Shown: positions 1 to 17,766, counted from the first letter of the stretch. The stretch: DNA of 64,000 nucleotides from Eledone cirrhosa (GCA_964016885.1 OZ024747.1:48794001-48858000); one strand, 5' to 3'. Numbers and translations are program-made. The notes: generated from the sequence alone by a model not told the origin.

Positions 1-37
1 TCCTTGTTGTGTACTGTCAACCATGTTATTCTTCACT

Positions 38-73
<36 letters not shown>

Positions 74-76
<3 letters not shown>

Positions 77-394
77 ATTAATGTTCAGAGTATACACTGA
101 GGATGAAAAACTCAGAGCTGTATGGGAGCATCCCAAAAGTCAGCTCAAAAGTGACACAGAGGAGACTGAGGTTGGCTGGACATGCTCACCGACATCCAGA
201 GTTGACATTGCACTCAGTGCTCCTTTGGGAGCCCCTACATGGACTCACTAGAAGAGGAAGACCAAGGTTAACATATGTTGATGCCCTAAGGACAGACACT
301 CGTCTGTTGGAGATGCAGGATATGGCAGCAATAATGAGGGACAGAGACCGCTGGAGAGAACTCGTCCATGGATCTCGGGAATTTTACCCGCCTT

Positions 395-396
<2 letters not shown>
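74..396 (+). mobile_element. 3' fragment of RTE-clade LINE (RT C-terminus), between (TA)n tracts
   Basis: ORF 103..396 has RRLRLAGH...LLWEP...RRGRPRLTYVD...RDRWR, the typical RTE/RTEX C-terminus. Confidence 0.75.
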
Positions 397-456
<60 letters not shown>

Positions 457-459
<3 letters not shown>

Positions 460-580
460 TGGTTCCACAACAGTTAGTTCACCATACCGGTATGATGAAC
501 TAACTGTACTGTTGTGGAACTACTTCTACCAAACTCGTCCCATGCTCTGCTACTACGGAAATAACCCTCCACTGTTCTAC

Positions 581-583
<3 letters not shown>
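457..583 (+). mobile_element. Fold-back mini-insert from PLE pLTR family A (same family as 4094 and the PLE at 38811-41492)
   Basis: Palindrome centred at ccgg 487-490; the long arm matches 4200-4290 and the reverse complement of 41274-41365; (TA)n on both sides. Confidence 0.8.
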
Positions 584-640
<57 letters not shown>

Positions 641-643
<3 letters not shown>

Positions 644-1050
644 AAAGAACACAAGAGCGTCTACAACATCAAAAGATTTTTATTGGCTTACAATGTTTCT
701 TCCTTACGTAACCGTAGGATTCGTCAGAGCTATAAAAGGGGTTTGATTGGTGTTATGGACTCTACCAACCAAACATTCAAGAACAAAGAGTAAAGAGAGT
801 AAAGAACAAAAGCAGGGGACGATAAGTCTAATTTTGGTGCGGGAGGGTGGGGTTTGGGTCCTTGTTTACTAGCTGTGGTCATATTCATTCCCGGGAGTCG
901 AGTGGTTAGTTGAGCCATAGATGGGGTGGCGTCGATAACACCAATCAAACCCCTTTTATAGCTCTGACGAATCCTACGGTTACGTAAGGAAGAAACATTG
1001 TAAGCCAATAAAAATCTTTTGATGTTGTAGACGCTCTTGTGTTCTTTATC
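641..1050. mobile_element. Fold-back insert: ~116-bp inverted arms (641-756, 935-1050), each carrying a hammerhead
   Basis: gataaagaacacaagagcg... versus ...cgctcttgtgttctttatc; TA flanks. Confidence 0.85.
961..1005 (+). ncRNA. Type I hammerhead ribozyme (mirror copy 686-730 on -)
   Basis: gct CTGACGA atcctacggttacgtaaggaa GAAA cattg TA agc. Confidence 0.75.
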
Positions 1051-1767
1051 ATATATACGGCTCTGCTCCAAAGCATAGAGCTAACTATTATGCTGCCAAT
1101 ACCTTAATGGGACACGGGTATACAATACCTAACTCCTATTAACCTAAGTATATATATATATATATATATATATATACAAATATAAATTCACCGAGAATCT
1201 TATTTCAAGCGCTCCATGGACCAGAAGAGACCAGAGCAATCAACATAAGTTATAAAGGCCATACAAACTGAGACGGCGGTTAAGAAACTATTAACCACCT
1301 ACCCCCCCCCCCCCCCCCAAAAAAAAAGAATGAAGCAAGCTAAACGGATCAAACAAAATAATGCATATATATATATATATTTATATATTTTTATATTATA
1401 TATTTTTAGAACAAATTATTCCTCACAACAAAGAAATAGCTAACTTTTAAAGATTATTCTATTCCATTCTACTTGATGTAACACACTAATCTCAGCATCC
1501 CAACTCCTCCAACCGTAATCTTCTTTGACCATCAATACCTTTATATACAATATGCCTAAACTCATTTACACTAACAACTCTCATTTCTTTTCTTAAAAGA
1601 CACTTGATACCTTATCCACTGATGGCCTATTTATTCATCTACTACCACCAACCTTAAGGATTTATACTGCCCCTTTCCATTCTTAACAATGGTCAATCTC
1701 AACCTGGTTATAAAACCTTACTTATTCATATGTATGTTTGTTTTTGTATTCTTCAATAAACAAAGCT

Positions 1768-1906
1768 CATTATTTCTGAAGACTGCGGGTAGTGAAGACG
1801 TATGTATTCTTTTATCACCAAGATATTTTGTAATATGTTTTACATAGATCAATAATTAAATGAACATGCAAAGGACTACCCACCCAGAAACGATCGTAAA
1901 ATAATG
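1768..1906 (+). ncRNA. Hammerhead with ~100-nt stem II insertion
   Basis: cattattt CTGAAGA ctgcgggtagt...actacccaccca GAAA cgatcg TA aaataatg; 8-bp stem I, palindromic stem III. Confidence 0.75.
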
Positions 1907-2599
1907 TGTTTTACTATGAATTAACAGTTTTGTGTTTAATTTCATTGTTTTAATATTTCTATATTTATATATATATATATATATATGTGTGTATGTGTGT
2001 GTGTGTGTGTGTAAGTATGTATGTACATTTCAACATGATTTATAACCACTTATGTTATACATTTTACATTTTGTTTGGGTCCATGAAATTATTATTATTA
2101 TTATGTTCCTTCCAGGTGATTGGGCGACAATCTCTCTCAAATTATCTCAAACTCAAACACAAACATTTCTAATTTACTTTGTTTCGCTACCCACCTCCTT
2201 ACCCCCTCCTCTCTCCCTTTCACTCCCCCTCTCTCACTCACTCCCACTCTTTCTCTCTTTCCCACTCATCTGAAACCACAGCTCTCTTGCCCTCTCACCC
2301 TCATCCCAGTTTACGCCCCCCCCCTCTCTCTTCCAGTTTCTTTCTCTCGTCCCACCCAACGTCTCTCTTAGGAGAAACGTTACGAAACTTGAGACCTTCA
2401 GAGTCATATGAATACGTTCAACAGACCACCCCTATTAAGATACGGTTTCAGCAAATATTTCTGAATTTAGAACAAGTAAAGTTTCAGCCTGTATATACAT
2501 GCGTGTGTGTGTGTATTGAGAAATTAGATCAATTTAGTGGTATGGACACGTGAATGTGTATATGTATATATCTTTATATATATCATATACATGTATTAT

Positions 2600-2711
<112 letters not shown>

Positions 2712-2859
2712 ACACGTATATATATAAAATTGCAAGTTTGAAGAACTATTAGATAAAATATATACAGTATTTCCTCTTTCTAGTCCGTATAAATCAACCA
2801 TATAAAAAATCATTTAAACGAGGCTATAAGTTTAAAATGTAACTATGAAGAAATAATAG

Positions 2860-2939
<80 letters not shown>

Positions 2940-2954
2940 TGTGTGCGTGCGTGC

Positions 2955-3050
<96 letters not shown>

Positions 3051-3058
3051 GTGCGTGC

Positions 3059-3113
<55 letters not shown>

Positions 3114-3439
3114 TACATATATATGTGTATAAATATATATTTAATTAAATTTCTATGTATCTCTCTCTCTCTCTCAAATTCTCTATTTTAATTCCTGTCC
3201 TCAGTAATGTGACTTGTATAACAGGTAGTTTCAGGTATAAATGACATTTATTAGACTCGGTAATGTTGGTGTAAATGGCGTTGTCATGAGTTACATAAGG
3301 AGTGTGTCATGCCAGATGGGATGTGAAGTGTTTCTTATTTCCTCTTAAGATTACATTATTGTGAGATTTTGTATTTCGTGTAACAATTCACTTCAAAGTG
3401 TGTAAAAAAAAAAAAAAAAAAAAAGGAAAAAAGCTTGTG

Positions 3440-3740
3440 GCTATATACTAAATTATTTGAAGTTGAGGTTTGTTGAATCTTTTATAAACAAACAACTTTC
3501 ATTGTGTTTACTGCATCACAAGAGATTTTCTAATGAAGCAATGAAACGTAGACATTTGTGATAACATCTTACTAACCAGTATTCAAAGATAAACCAATTC
3601 ATGAAGATAAACCCGCTGAAATACTCTATAAAGAATTTCAAACTTGTTCTGCGATGGATGATGCATCCTTAAAAATTCAAAATGCTTTGAACAAGGGTTA
3701 ATTATCTGCAGCAGTTTATCTTATATTACATTGAATCGTC
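3440..3740 (+). pseudogene. Degraded hAT (Charlie/SCAND3-like) transposase N-terminal BED-finger remnant
   Basis: Translates LRFVESFINKQLSLCLLHHKRFSNEAMK..HL, resembling CLLC..FSNEAMKPSRL..HL; contains stops. Confidence 0.5.
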
Positions 3741-4057
3741 ATTTTTCTGTGTAGTTGTATGAGCCTAACGTTACAGATAATGTTTTATTGATTGCATATA
3801 TTTTTATGAAAGCAATCCATTAAACGAACAAATGGTATTTATTTTAAAGTTTGTCATATATACCAAACGATTATCAATGTTTGCCAGTATGCAATCCCAA
3901 TTTCACACACACAGAAAAAAGTAATATTACCTTGAACAAAAGTAATTCATTTTGCTGGTTTGGTTGGGTTTTACAGTTGAAGAAAAAAGTATCAAACGTT
4001 TCGTGTGTTCATTGTGCGGTTCTCACACATACGCACACCACACATACGCACGTATAC

Positions 4058-4093
<36 letters not shown>

Positions 4094-4096
<3 letters not shown>

Positions 4097-4290
4097 GTTA
4101 CACAACAGTTAGTTCACCGTACCGAGAACAATTGTTTCACCTTAGCGGATCCTCAGCTCGATTTACGAGCTAAGGTGAAACAATTGTTCTCGGTATGGTG
4201 AACTAACTGTTGTGTAACCACTTCTACCTAACTCGTCCCATGGACTGAGTGCTCTACCACTACGGATATTACCTTCCAGTGTTCTACTAC
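4094..4290 (+). mobile_element. Fold-back mini-insert, pLTR family A
   Basis: Inverted arms 4094-4146 and 4169-4222 plus 3' tail; TA flanks. Confidence 0.85.
4123..4160 (-). ncRNA. Minimal hammerhead
   Basis: Minus strand: cgag CTGAGGA tccgctaaggt GAAA caattg TT ctcg. Confidence 0.75.
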
Positions 4291-4355
4291 TATATATATA
4301 TATATATATAAAAATAATGATCCGAAGGCATGGTATAAATTTCCAATCATTTTAA

Positions 4356-4429
4356 TCACGGCACATGTTTCAATAAGAGATAGATCGATCGTGCGGCCAT
4401 GATCGACCATCACTGATCTCGTCAGGTGA
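4356..4429 (-). ncRNA. Degenerate hammerhead
   Basis: Minus strand: tcac CTGACGA ...long hairpin... GAAA catgtgcc gtga; cleavage-site U mutated. Confidence 0.5.
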
Positions 4430-4539
4430 AAATGAATTGTCTTCAAATCCTTGATATGAGGGAGAAAATTTAACGGTGTTCACTCACAAGAGTTTTCTCC
4501 CCCATATGACATTATCGAAAAAATGAGAACAATATCTTT

Positions 4540-4680
4540 TTTGTTAAGGAGTTTTATGAAGTATATAAAATATAAAATATATTACCGGTTTCGATGTAAT
4601 CCATCTTATCAAATATTAAATTAAATATTACAATTAACAAAGAATTAAAAATTAAAAATCAAGTGTTGTTGAAGAAGGCA

Positions 4681-4747
<67 letters not shown>

Positions 4748-5030
4748 TATGTCTTTTCACAGAGCAAACGTGTTTTTAGGAAGAGGAATTTTTCTGTATA
4801 TATGTGTGTGTATCTCAATTGTGTTAAAGAACTGGTCAAGAGTTCAGCTGGAGGTGGTGAAGAGGGAAAATGTAAACTAGGGACAATTTCTTTAGGGTAG
4901 AGATATATATATAGGATTGTCAAAGTTATAGGACTGTAAAAGAAATTCTGTTTTAGGAATATGTTTTGAGAGGGTATGAGTGTGTATATGTGAGTGTATT
5001 TATATATAGAAATATGTATGTGTGTGTGTA
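4540..5030 (-). mobile_element. PLE 3'UTR/pLTR fragment with internal (TAG)n; inverted relative of 12700-13195
   Basis: Collinear reverse-complement similarity to 12700-13195, including the hammerhead. Confidence 0.75.
4579..4616 (-). ncRNA. Minimal hammerhead, U3:A8 variant
   Basis: Minus strand: atat TTGATAA gatg gatta catc GAAA ccgg TA atat. Confidence 0.75.
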
Positions 5031-5031
5031 G

Positions 5032-5103
<72 letters not shown>

Positions 5104-5107
<4 letters not shown>

Positions 5108-5310
5108 AAGTATGACCCCGACGGCAGAGCTCAAGCCGTTTCGACGGCTATTTCTGGACTAAAGTGACTTTAGTCCAGAAATAGCCGCCGAAACGGCTTG
5201 AGCTCTACCGTCGGGGTCATACTTTCTCCTATTACCCACTCTACTACCCTAAGTATTGAGTGCTCTGGTGCGTTATCGTCCATCTGGTTCTTTACCACAA
5301 CTCCTTCGTT
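5104..5310 (+). mobile_element. Fold-back mini-element family B (GACCCC family), copy 1
   Basis: ~60-bp arms gagaaagtatgacccc...ggggtcatactttctc, ~80-bp tail ending ttcgtt, TA flanks. Confidence 0.85.
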
Positions 5311-5325
5311 ATATATATATATATA

Positions 5326-9407
<4,082 letters not shown>

Positions 9408-9432
9408 ACCACACACCACACACACACACACT

Positions 9433-9466
<34 letters not shown>

Positions 9467-9657
9467 GGAGAAAGTATGACCCCGACGACAGAGCTCAAGC
9501 CGTTTCGACGGCTGTTTCAGTCCAGAAATAGCCGTCGAAACGGCTTGAGCTCTGCCGTCGGGGTCATACTTTCTCCTATTACCAACTCTACTACCCCAAG
9601 TATTGAGTACTCTGGTGCGTTATGGTCCATCTGGTTCCTTACCACGACTCCTTCGTT
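9467..9657 (+). mobile_element. Family B copy 3
   Basis: Hairpin plus tail as at 5104; TA flanks. Confidence 0.85.
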
Positions 9658-9689
9658 ATATATATCACAATTCATACATCTCAATTCTA

Positions 9690-9722
9690 CTTTTGAAAAG
9701 CAGAACTGCGAAACCGGTAAAG
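9690..9722 (+). ncRNA. Minimal hammerhead, U3:A8 variant (relative at 35891-35926 on -)
   Basis: ctt TTGAAAA gcag aa ctgc GAAA ccgg TA aag. Confidence 0.7.
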
Positions 9723-9849
9723 GAACCAAATAAATATATATTTTTATAAAATAAGACTCCGCCTGCATTATCGATGTCATCTTTTTTCCTCATACTTTCA
9801 ATTGTGTAAGACTCCTCAGCTTTTTTTTCATTTTGTGAAAAAACCTCAC

Positions 9850-9953
<104 letters not shown>

Positions 9954-10080
9954 AAAGTATTGGAGATTGATTGACGCATAATCAAGCGAGTAGCGAACTC
10001 TATACAGTTCAAAGAAACAATTGTCAGCAATGTGAATAAAGCCCTTATTGTATAACCAACCATGTCACTCTTCTTTCTTG

Positions 10081-11018
<938 letters not shown>

Positions 11019-11110
11019 ATATATATAGTAAGAAACTGGAGCTCGGTAGTAGTGTTGGGATTTGAGCGTGGTAAGGGTTGAAAAGTGCTACGGAAGTAGG
11101 AGCTAATATG

Positions 11111-11178
<68 letters not shown>

Positions 11179-11267
11179 CCGAAGAGATTGTTTTGGTAAA
11201 AAACAGGAGCAAGCTGGAGAAAGCTCTCGACAATCGCAGTTTTTAGTTACGATGGAGATTTTTTATA

Positions 11268-12076
11268 AAAATAACAAAATAAAATGCTGATGTTACATAA
11301 ATCGTTGACCCATTATAATTATTTCCACGGTTCTCCATGCAATCGAGAAGTCCTCCATGCATTTGTTGTTGTTATGAGAACGGTATCATCAGATGAAATC
11401 CGATTTATTGATATGCTGCCGGCAGGAAAAAACACACGTCTTTCTGCTCGTGTGCCCGACATACATATGAGTTCCTGAAAGGGTCTCCCAGCCGTCGTGT
11501 TTGCTGTAGTAAGGTGTTATCAACGTATTAATTAGTGAAATCAGGGCGGTGGATTGGCAGTATCGGTAGAGGGTCGGACGCCATGCTTTCCAGCATAGTT
11601 ACGTCCCTTTACGATCTGAGTTCAAATCCCGCCGAGGTTGACTTTGCCTTTCATCCTTACGGGGTCGATAAAATAAAGTACCAGTAATGCACTGGGTAAT
11701 TGCTGGCCTTGTGCCAAAAGTAGAAACAATTAATTAGTGAAATCAGGATTCACGCATCCCCCACGGATTTGAAGTCGTAAATTAGCAGAGAGGTAACCCC
11801 TCAAGTATACTGATCTGTATCAAACGAAAAACTGTGTAACCAGAACCCAGTAGATAGTAGAAACAATACAGGGAGGTTGGAGTATATATTTTGTTGACAG
11901 CCACATTCAAGACAACAACAACAACAACAACAACAATAACAACACCGACACCGACAACAGCAGCAAAACCAACCAAACGTCGCTCACACTGGCCGCAGCA
12001 GTCGTAGTGATAGTACTACCCCGCTGACAACAACAACGATAACAATAGCTACATAAACCAGCTACAACAACAACAA

Positions 12077-12108
<32 letters not shown>

Positions 12109-12660
12109 AAAATAACAACAGTCACAGCAATAAACGGAACTCTGAGGTAGGTTGATACACAGACTTGATGGCATCTTTCCCCATGACCACAGCAACAACA
12201 ACAACAATAGTAACGGCAACAACAGTAACACCGTCCATCACCTACACCGGTCGGTCGTCATAGTAGTGGTGGTATCATTGATATCAGTATCCAGCGGGTA
12301 CCCATTATCCGAGAGCCAGACAGCGGTAACACCAACAACGATAACAACACCAGTAAAGAACCCACCACGGCGACGGCAGCAACAAAAAAGCCTGGTAGTG
12401 CGGGTCGCTGACAAAAAAATTCTTACTTTACTGACAAATAGTCAATATTTCTCGCTTCTACCTTAAGGCACAAGGCCAGTAATAATTACAGTGCAGAAAA
12501 CAGCTAACCAAAACAGCAGTCAGTTGTAACTACAATGGTATCAATACTATCAAAAGGGCTGCTAGACTTTCAAAGAATTCTCGATTGCATGGAGAACCGT
12601 GGAAATAATTATAATGATTAAACGATTTATGTAACATCAGAATTTTATTTTGTTATTTTT
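11268..12660. repeat. ~80-bp inverted repeats (11268-11349, 12578-12660) around a 1.2-kb spacer containing a SINE and CAA/CAG repeats
   Basis: ccacggttctccatgcaatcgagaa versus ttctcgattgcatggagaaccgtgg. Confidence 0.7.
11543..11729 (+). mobile_element. Full-length tRNA-type SINE with ~18-bp target-site duplication
   Basis: A-box-like tggcagtatcgg, B-box gagttcaaatcc, central gcctttcatccttacggggtcgataaaataaagtaccag; TSD ttaattagtgaaatcagg at 11528 and 11730. Confidence 0.85.
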
Positions 12661-12962
12661 ATATATATACATTTATATATATACATATATATACACCCAC
12701 ATATATACACTCACATATACACACTCACACCCTCTCAAAACATATTCCTAAAACAGAATTTCTTTTACAGTCCTATAACCTTGACAATCCTATATATATC
12801 TCTCTCCCCTAAAGAAACTGTCCCTAGTTTACATTTTCCCTCTTCGCCACTTCCAACTGAACTCTTGAGCAGTCCTTTAACACAATTGAGACACACACAT
12901 ATATACAGAAAAATTCCTCTTCCTAAAAACACATTTGCTCTGTGAAAAGGCATAACTACTAT

Positions 12963-13025
<63 letters not shown>

Positions 13026-13133
13026 AATCACCCCTCTTTCTCTATATATAAGGTTCAATTTAGACCCAGTCTTCCTCCCAACAAGAAAGCACTTAATTTT
13101 TAATTTTTAATTATTTTTTAATTGTAATATTTA

Positions 13134-13171
13134 ATATTTGATAAGATGGAGTACATCGAAACCGGTAATAT
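13134..13171 (+). ncRNA. Minimal hammerhead, U3:A8 variant
   Basis: atat TTGATAA gatg gagta catc GAAA ccgg TA atat. Confidence 0.75.
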
Positions 13172-14355
13172 ATTTTATATTTTATATACTTCATCAATTA
13201 CCCAGTACAATACTGGTACTTTATTTTATCGACCCCGTAAGGATGAAAGGCAAAGTTGAAAGATCAAAGGCAAAGTATGATATTATAAATAATGAAGCTA
13301 AAGATATAGCAAGAAAATTAAGAAGAGATAATAGAACCGAAAGCCTAGCAAAACGTAAAGTCTATATTGCACTAAAATAGATTTCAATAACCGACCTAGT
13401 TGTAGACTTATTAAACCTGCTAAATCAGAAATTGCTGTTGCTAGTAAAAAAAATGTTAAGAAATAACATTAAATTAAATTAAGAAGTGCAACATAATTAT
13501 TTCAATGGTTAAATACCTCCTCAGTTATAACTTGGTTTAATAATATAAAAGAGAAAATTATATTTAGATTTACCCAATTAGATATAGCAGATTTATACCC
13601 TTCTATTACTCACTCCTTATTAGCTAATACATTAGAGTTTGCTAGACAATTTATTAATATATGAGAGCTAGAGGAAGATGTAATTGTGCACGCCAGAAAA
13701 ACATAACTTTTTGCCAAAGACGAGACCTGGGTAAAAAAATTAAACCCAGAAAATCTTTTTGATGTCTCGATGTGTGTGATTTAGTTGGTTTATTCCTCCT
13801 CCACGCACTTAAAGAGAAATTCCCCAATCACACTATCGAATTATATCGAGATGACTGACTAGCAGTCTCTCATACCACCAATGGCCATGATCTTCACAAA
13901 TTTCGAAAAGATTTGATAAAAGCCTTCTTTAATCTAAACCTTAAAATCACAATAGATACAAATCTAACTAATGCCAACTTCCTCGATATTGATCTTGATT
14001 TACTTACTGATTCTTTTAAGCTATATCATAAACCTAATGAACATTTAAGATATGTAAACAAAGTGTCATGCCATCCCCCCATAGTATTTAAAAACCATAT
14101 CCCGAATATTAGTCATAGGATATCAATCCTCTCTTCCATCCAAGAAATATTTAATAAAGTAGCTCCTTATTATAATAAGGCCCTTAAAATAGTGGTTTTA
14201 ACGAATCAAATAAATATATACCTAATCCTACTAATAATATTAAACATAATAATAGAAAAAGAAAAATAATCTGGTTTACACTACCTTTAGCACTAAAAAA
14301 TATGTAGGCAAAAAGTTCCTTGATCTCTTAGATAAGCATTTCCCCCAAATATAAT

Positions 14356-14521
14356 GATTTTTAGTATAGGCACAAGGCCAGTAATTTTTTTTGGGGGGGG
14401 AGTCGATTAAATCGACCCCAGTACGTTACTGATGCTTTATTTCATCGACACCGTAAGGATGAAAGGCAAAGTTAACCTCGGCGGGATTTGAACTCAGACC
14501 GTAAAGGGCCGTAATTTTCCG
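14356..14521 (-). mobile_element. 5'-truncated SINE (11543 family) inserted in the PLE
   Basis: Reverse-complement match; TSD ccaaatataat. A smaller fragment lies at 13200-13260. Confidence 0.8.
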
Positions 14522-15735
14522 CCAAATATAATAACATGTTTAATAGAAATTTAGTCAAGATTAGCTATTCATGCAGTCCTTCTATGAAATCCAAGATTAC
14601 CAATGGGAAAATACACAGAGAAAATCAGGATGTTCATGCAGAAACATATGAGAATGTCCTCTACAGGCCAAATGTAACATAACATTGGATATGAGGCTAA
14701 AGTGACACCTGTAAACACCAACCAGCCAGCTACCGGTGAGTGATATGTGGGTATGAGTCAAGATAAATTCAAACAAAGATATTACGCACATGTCGCTTCC
14801 TTCAGATATCCGGAAAAAAATAAAACCACGGCACTGGTAAACGGAGAGGGGGGGGGGGGGGGTATGAAAGAACGTGGAATTCCATATTTAATTGATTGGT
14901 TCATTTAAGACCAATCAAAAGAATATTCAAAGTACCAGAAAATGTATTTTATGCATAAGTGAAAAATATAGAATTCTACAAAACCTGAAATCTTCAAAAA
15001 CGTGTCTTAACTCTAAAACTAAATTTTCAGAAGTTGCCCACATATAAGATCCCATCTGCTTTACTGTTGGCATCAATTCGGTTCGGACACACAACACCTT
15101 TAACATATATTTCAATTATGAAATAGCATTAACACTAACTATCCAGAAACTATATTCAATATGAACACACACATAACACACAAACAACACTCATATATTG
15201 ATTGATTATATGCTTTTTGTTATACCTATAACACTCATATATCGATTATTCTCCCTTTTCACTAAGTGTCCTCTATAAGACGCATCAAACACTCCTTCTT
15301 CCTAATGATATATTTGACATACATATATTTTCACTTACTAATAACACATATTTTTTTATCAAATCTTACTTCATCCCTAATTATAGCACCGAAAAATATA
15401 CTTAACATATTGATAGATATGAATGAATATTTTTCAGTGATAATATATTTTTTTTTCTATGTATGAACTTACGTGTGTGTGTATATAAATATGCGTTTAG
15501 ATGTATGTGAATATATATTTGTTTTGTACGTACGGTTTTATGTGTAGATATGTATGTTTTATATACATATATACTTATTAAATATGTATATACCCATATA
15601 ATATGTGTGTGTGTGTGTGTGTATATATATATCGTATATATGCATATATGGCCAATTTTACATATATGTATTTTACATATATGTATTTATATACACCTAT
15701 ATGAGTGTATATATGTGTGTGTGTATGTATGAGTG

Positions 15736-15778
<43 letters not shown>

Positions 15779-15868
15779 ATGTATATGTATTTTGTATAGA
15801 AATGTATATATATATATGTTTTTACATATAGGTATATATGCGTATATGTGTATGCGTATGCATATGTA

Positions 15869-15920
<52 letters not shown>

Positions 15921-16159
15921 TGTGTGTGTGGGTGTGTGCATGTGTGAGTGTGTGTGTGAGTATGTGTATATTTATGTGTATATGTATGTGTGTGTATGTA
16001 CGTATATATATATATATTTATATGTGTGTGTGTGTGAGTATATATATATATATATATATGTATGTGTATATGTGTAGATATATATATATATATGTATGTA
16101 TATATATATATATGGGGGGGTAATTGTATGTCTATGTATATTTTTGTATGTATGTATGT

Positions 16160-16320
16160 CGGGTAACTCTTGTATGCTACTGGTAACATGTAACCCAGTA
16201 CAACCTGTCGCATGGTCGGAATCGTCGGTGACTAAACCAGCAACCCCACCAAATTTTCTTGGTGAGGAGGGTGATTTGGGACACTCCGCAGGACAAAAAA
16301 CAAAAGTTGACAGCATCCTA
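16160..16320 (+). mobile_element. Dispersed repeat fragment related to 54088-54602
   Basis: ttcttggtgaggagggtgatttgggacactccgcaggac matches the reverse complement of 54545-54600. Confidence 0.55.
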
Positions 16321-16451
16321 AAATGTGTATATATATATATATATATATATAGAGATTTTGAGTTTATGTTGGTTGTATACCAACACCTCAGTATGCAGGC
16401 TGGAGCACTCGAGGAAGTGCGCAGGTTGGTTTGGTTACTCCGGAGTAGTGT

Positions 16452-16812
16452 AAAATAAAGTTAAATAAAAGTCAAATGATTAAAATTTAGCTTCGTTTAT
16501 TACTGCTATATATATTTCAGTGACAGCCATCTTTAGCTGTGACCTCTTCAGGCAGTTTGAATTAGTATGGTATATACAAGTACATATGTTGTTTAGGTGT
16601 ATAATATTATCAATACTCTGATATGCCCAGTTCCTTGCTGGGTTGTTGATTCACTGAGGAACTGGAGTCATATCATATGTACTTGTCTATACCATACTAA
16701 TTCAAACTGCCTGAAGAGGTCACAGCCAAAGATGGCTGTCACTGAAATATATATAGCAGTAATAAACGAAGCTAAACTTTAATCATTTGACTTTTATTTA
16801 ACTTTATTTTAT
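16452..16812. mobile_element. Fold-back insert: ~137-bp inverted arms, each with an intact hammerhead
   Basis: Arms 16452-16588 and 16675-16812. Confidence 0.85.
16706..16760 (+). ncRNA. Type I hammerhead (mirror 16502-16556 on -)
   Basis: actgc CTGAAGA ggtcacagccaaagatggctgtcact GAAA tatata TA gcagt. Confidence 0.85.
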
Positions 16813-16834
16813 GTATATATATATATATATATAT

Positions 16835-17423
16835 ATAAAATATTAAAAAAATAATGAATAAACAATGAAACAGTTCCTTATATTAAACAAAAAAAGTTCA
16901 TTATTTAACGATCGTTTCTAGGATATATATGTGTTAGAATTGGCATGCATATTCAACAGATCTATGTACAAAATTATACAAAATTATACAAACTATCAAA
17001 ATTAAATATACATACCAACACATATATATGCCGTCTTCAGAAATAATTTTCAGAAATATTTCAGAAATATTTCAGAAATATTATTTCTGAAGACGGCATA
17101 TATATGTGTTGGTATGTATATTTAATTTTGATAGTTTGTATAATTTTGTATAATTTTGTACATAGATCTGTTGAATATGCATGCCAATTCTAACACATAT
17201 ATATCCTAGAAACGATCGTTAAATAATGAACTTTTTTTGTTTAATATAAGGAACTGTTTCATTGTTTATTCATTATTTTTTTAATATTTTATCTTGACTC
17301 TGTATTCCGTTTATCTTTCACCGAAAGTGATTTTTCATTGCATCTCTTCTTTCCATGATATCCGGATTACATTGAGTTCTTCATACGGATTGGACACTAC
17401 CGTAAACTCTTGGTAGATTTATC

Positions 17424-17426
<3 letters not shown>
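16835..17426 (+). mobile_element. Fold-back element family C: ~213-bp arms plus 3' tail
   Basis: Arms 16835-17048 and 17080-17291 joined by three stutters of tttcagaaata; relatives at 31609 and 61794. Confidence 0.9.
17080..17227 (+). ncRNA. Hammerhead with ~115-nt stem II (mirror in the left arm)
   Basis: attattt CTGAAGA cggcatatatatgtgttgg...ctaacacatatatatccta GAAA cgatcg TT aaataat. Confidence 0.75.
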
Positions 17427-17477
<51 letters not shown>

Positions 17478-17580
17478 GATGTTTGAGAATACAAAAATTA
17501 ACACATGCATATCTATACATGCATACATGCATACATATATATATACATATATACTTATAAACATATATATATACACACTT

Positions 17581-17613
17581 TTCTCCTGATGAAGGGCTTA
17601 TGCCCGAAACGTC
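17581..17613 (+). ncRNA. Minimal hammerhead core; stem I partner lost
   Basis: CTGATGA agggc ttat gccc GAAA cgTC. Confidence 0.6.
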
Positions 17614-17693
17614 TCCCCCCCCCACTCTCAAAACCGTGAACCTAATAAACTCTTATTTGTACTGCTTCCCTGTTTTTGTTCCTGTCTAAGTTT

Positions 17694-17766
<73 letters not shown>

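Larger units (their letters stand above)
12700..15120 (+). mobile_element. Decayed Penelope-like element (upstream pLTR-like segment, RT, GIY-YIG), interrupted by SINEs
   Basis: RPSCRLIKPAKSE, LDIADLYPSI, LYRDD, ANFLDIDLDL..YHKPNE..YVN..SCHP, ECPLQAKC. Confidence 0.85.

Noticed and set aside
11543-11620. tRNA gene
   Set aside because: The A/B boxes belong to a SINE head; no cloverleaf, and a TSD is present.
16835-17291. Palindromes as pure assembly artefacts
   Set aside because: Not excluded for any single copy, but older copies have diverged arms and independent loci share end-points, which artefacts would not produce.
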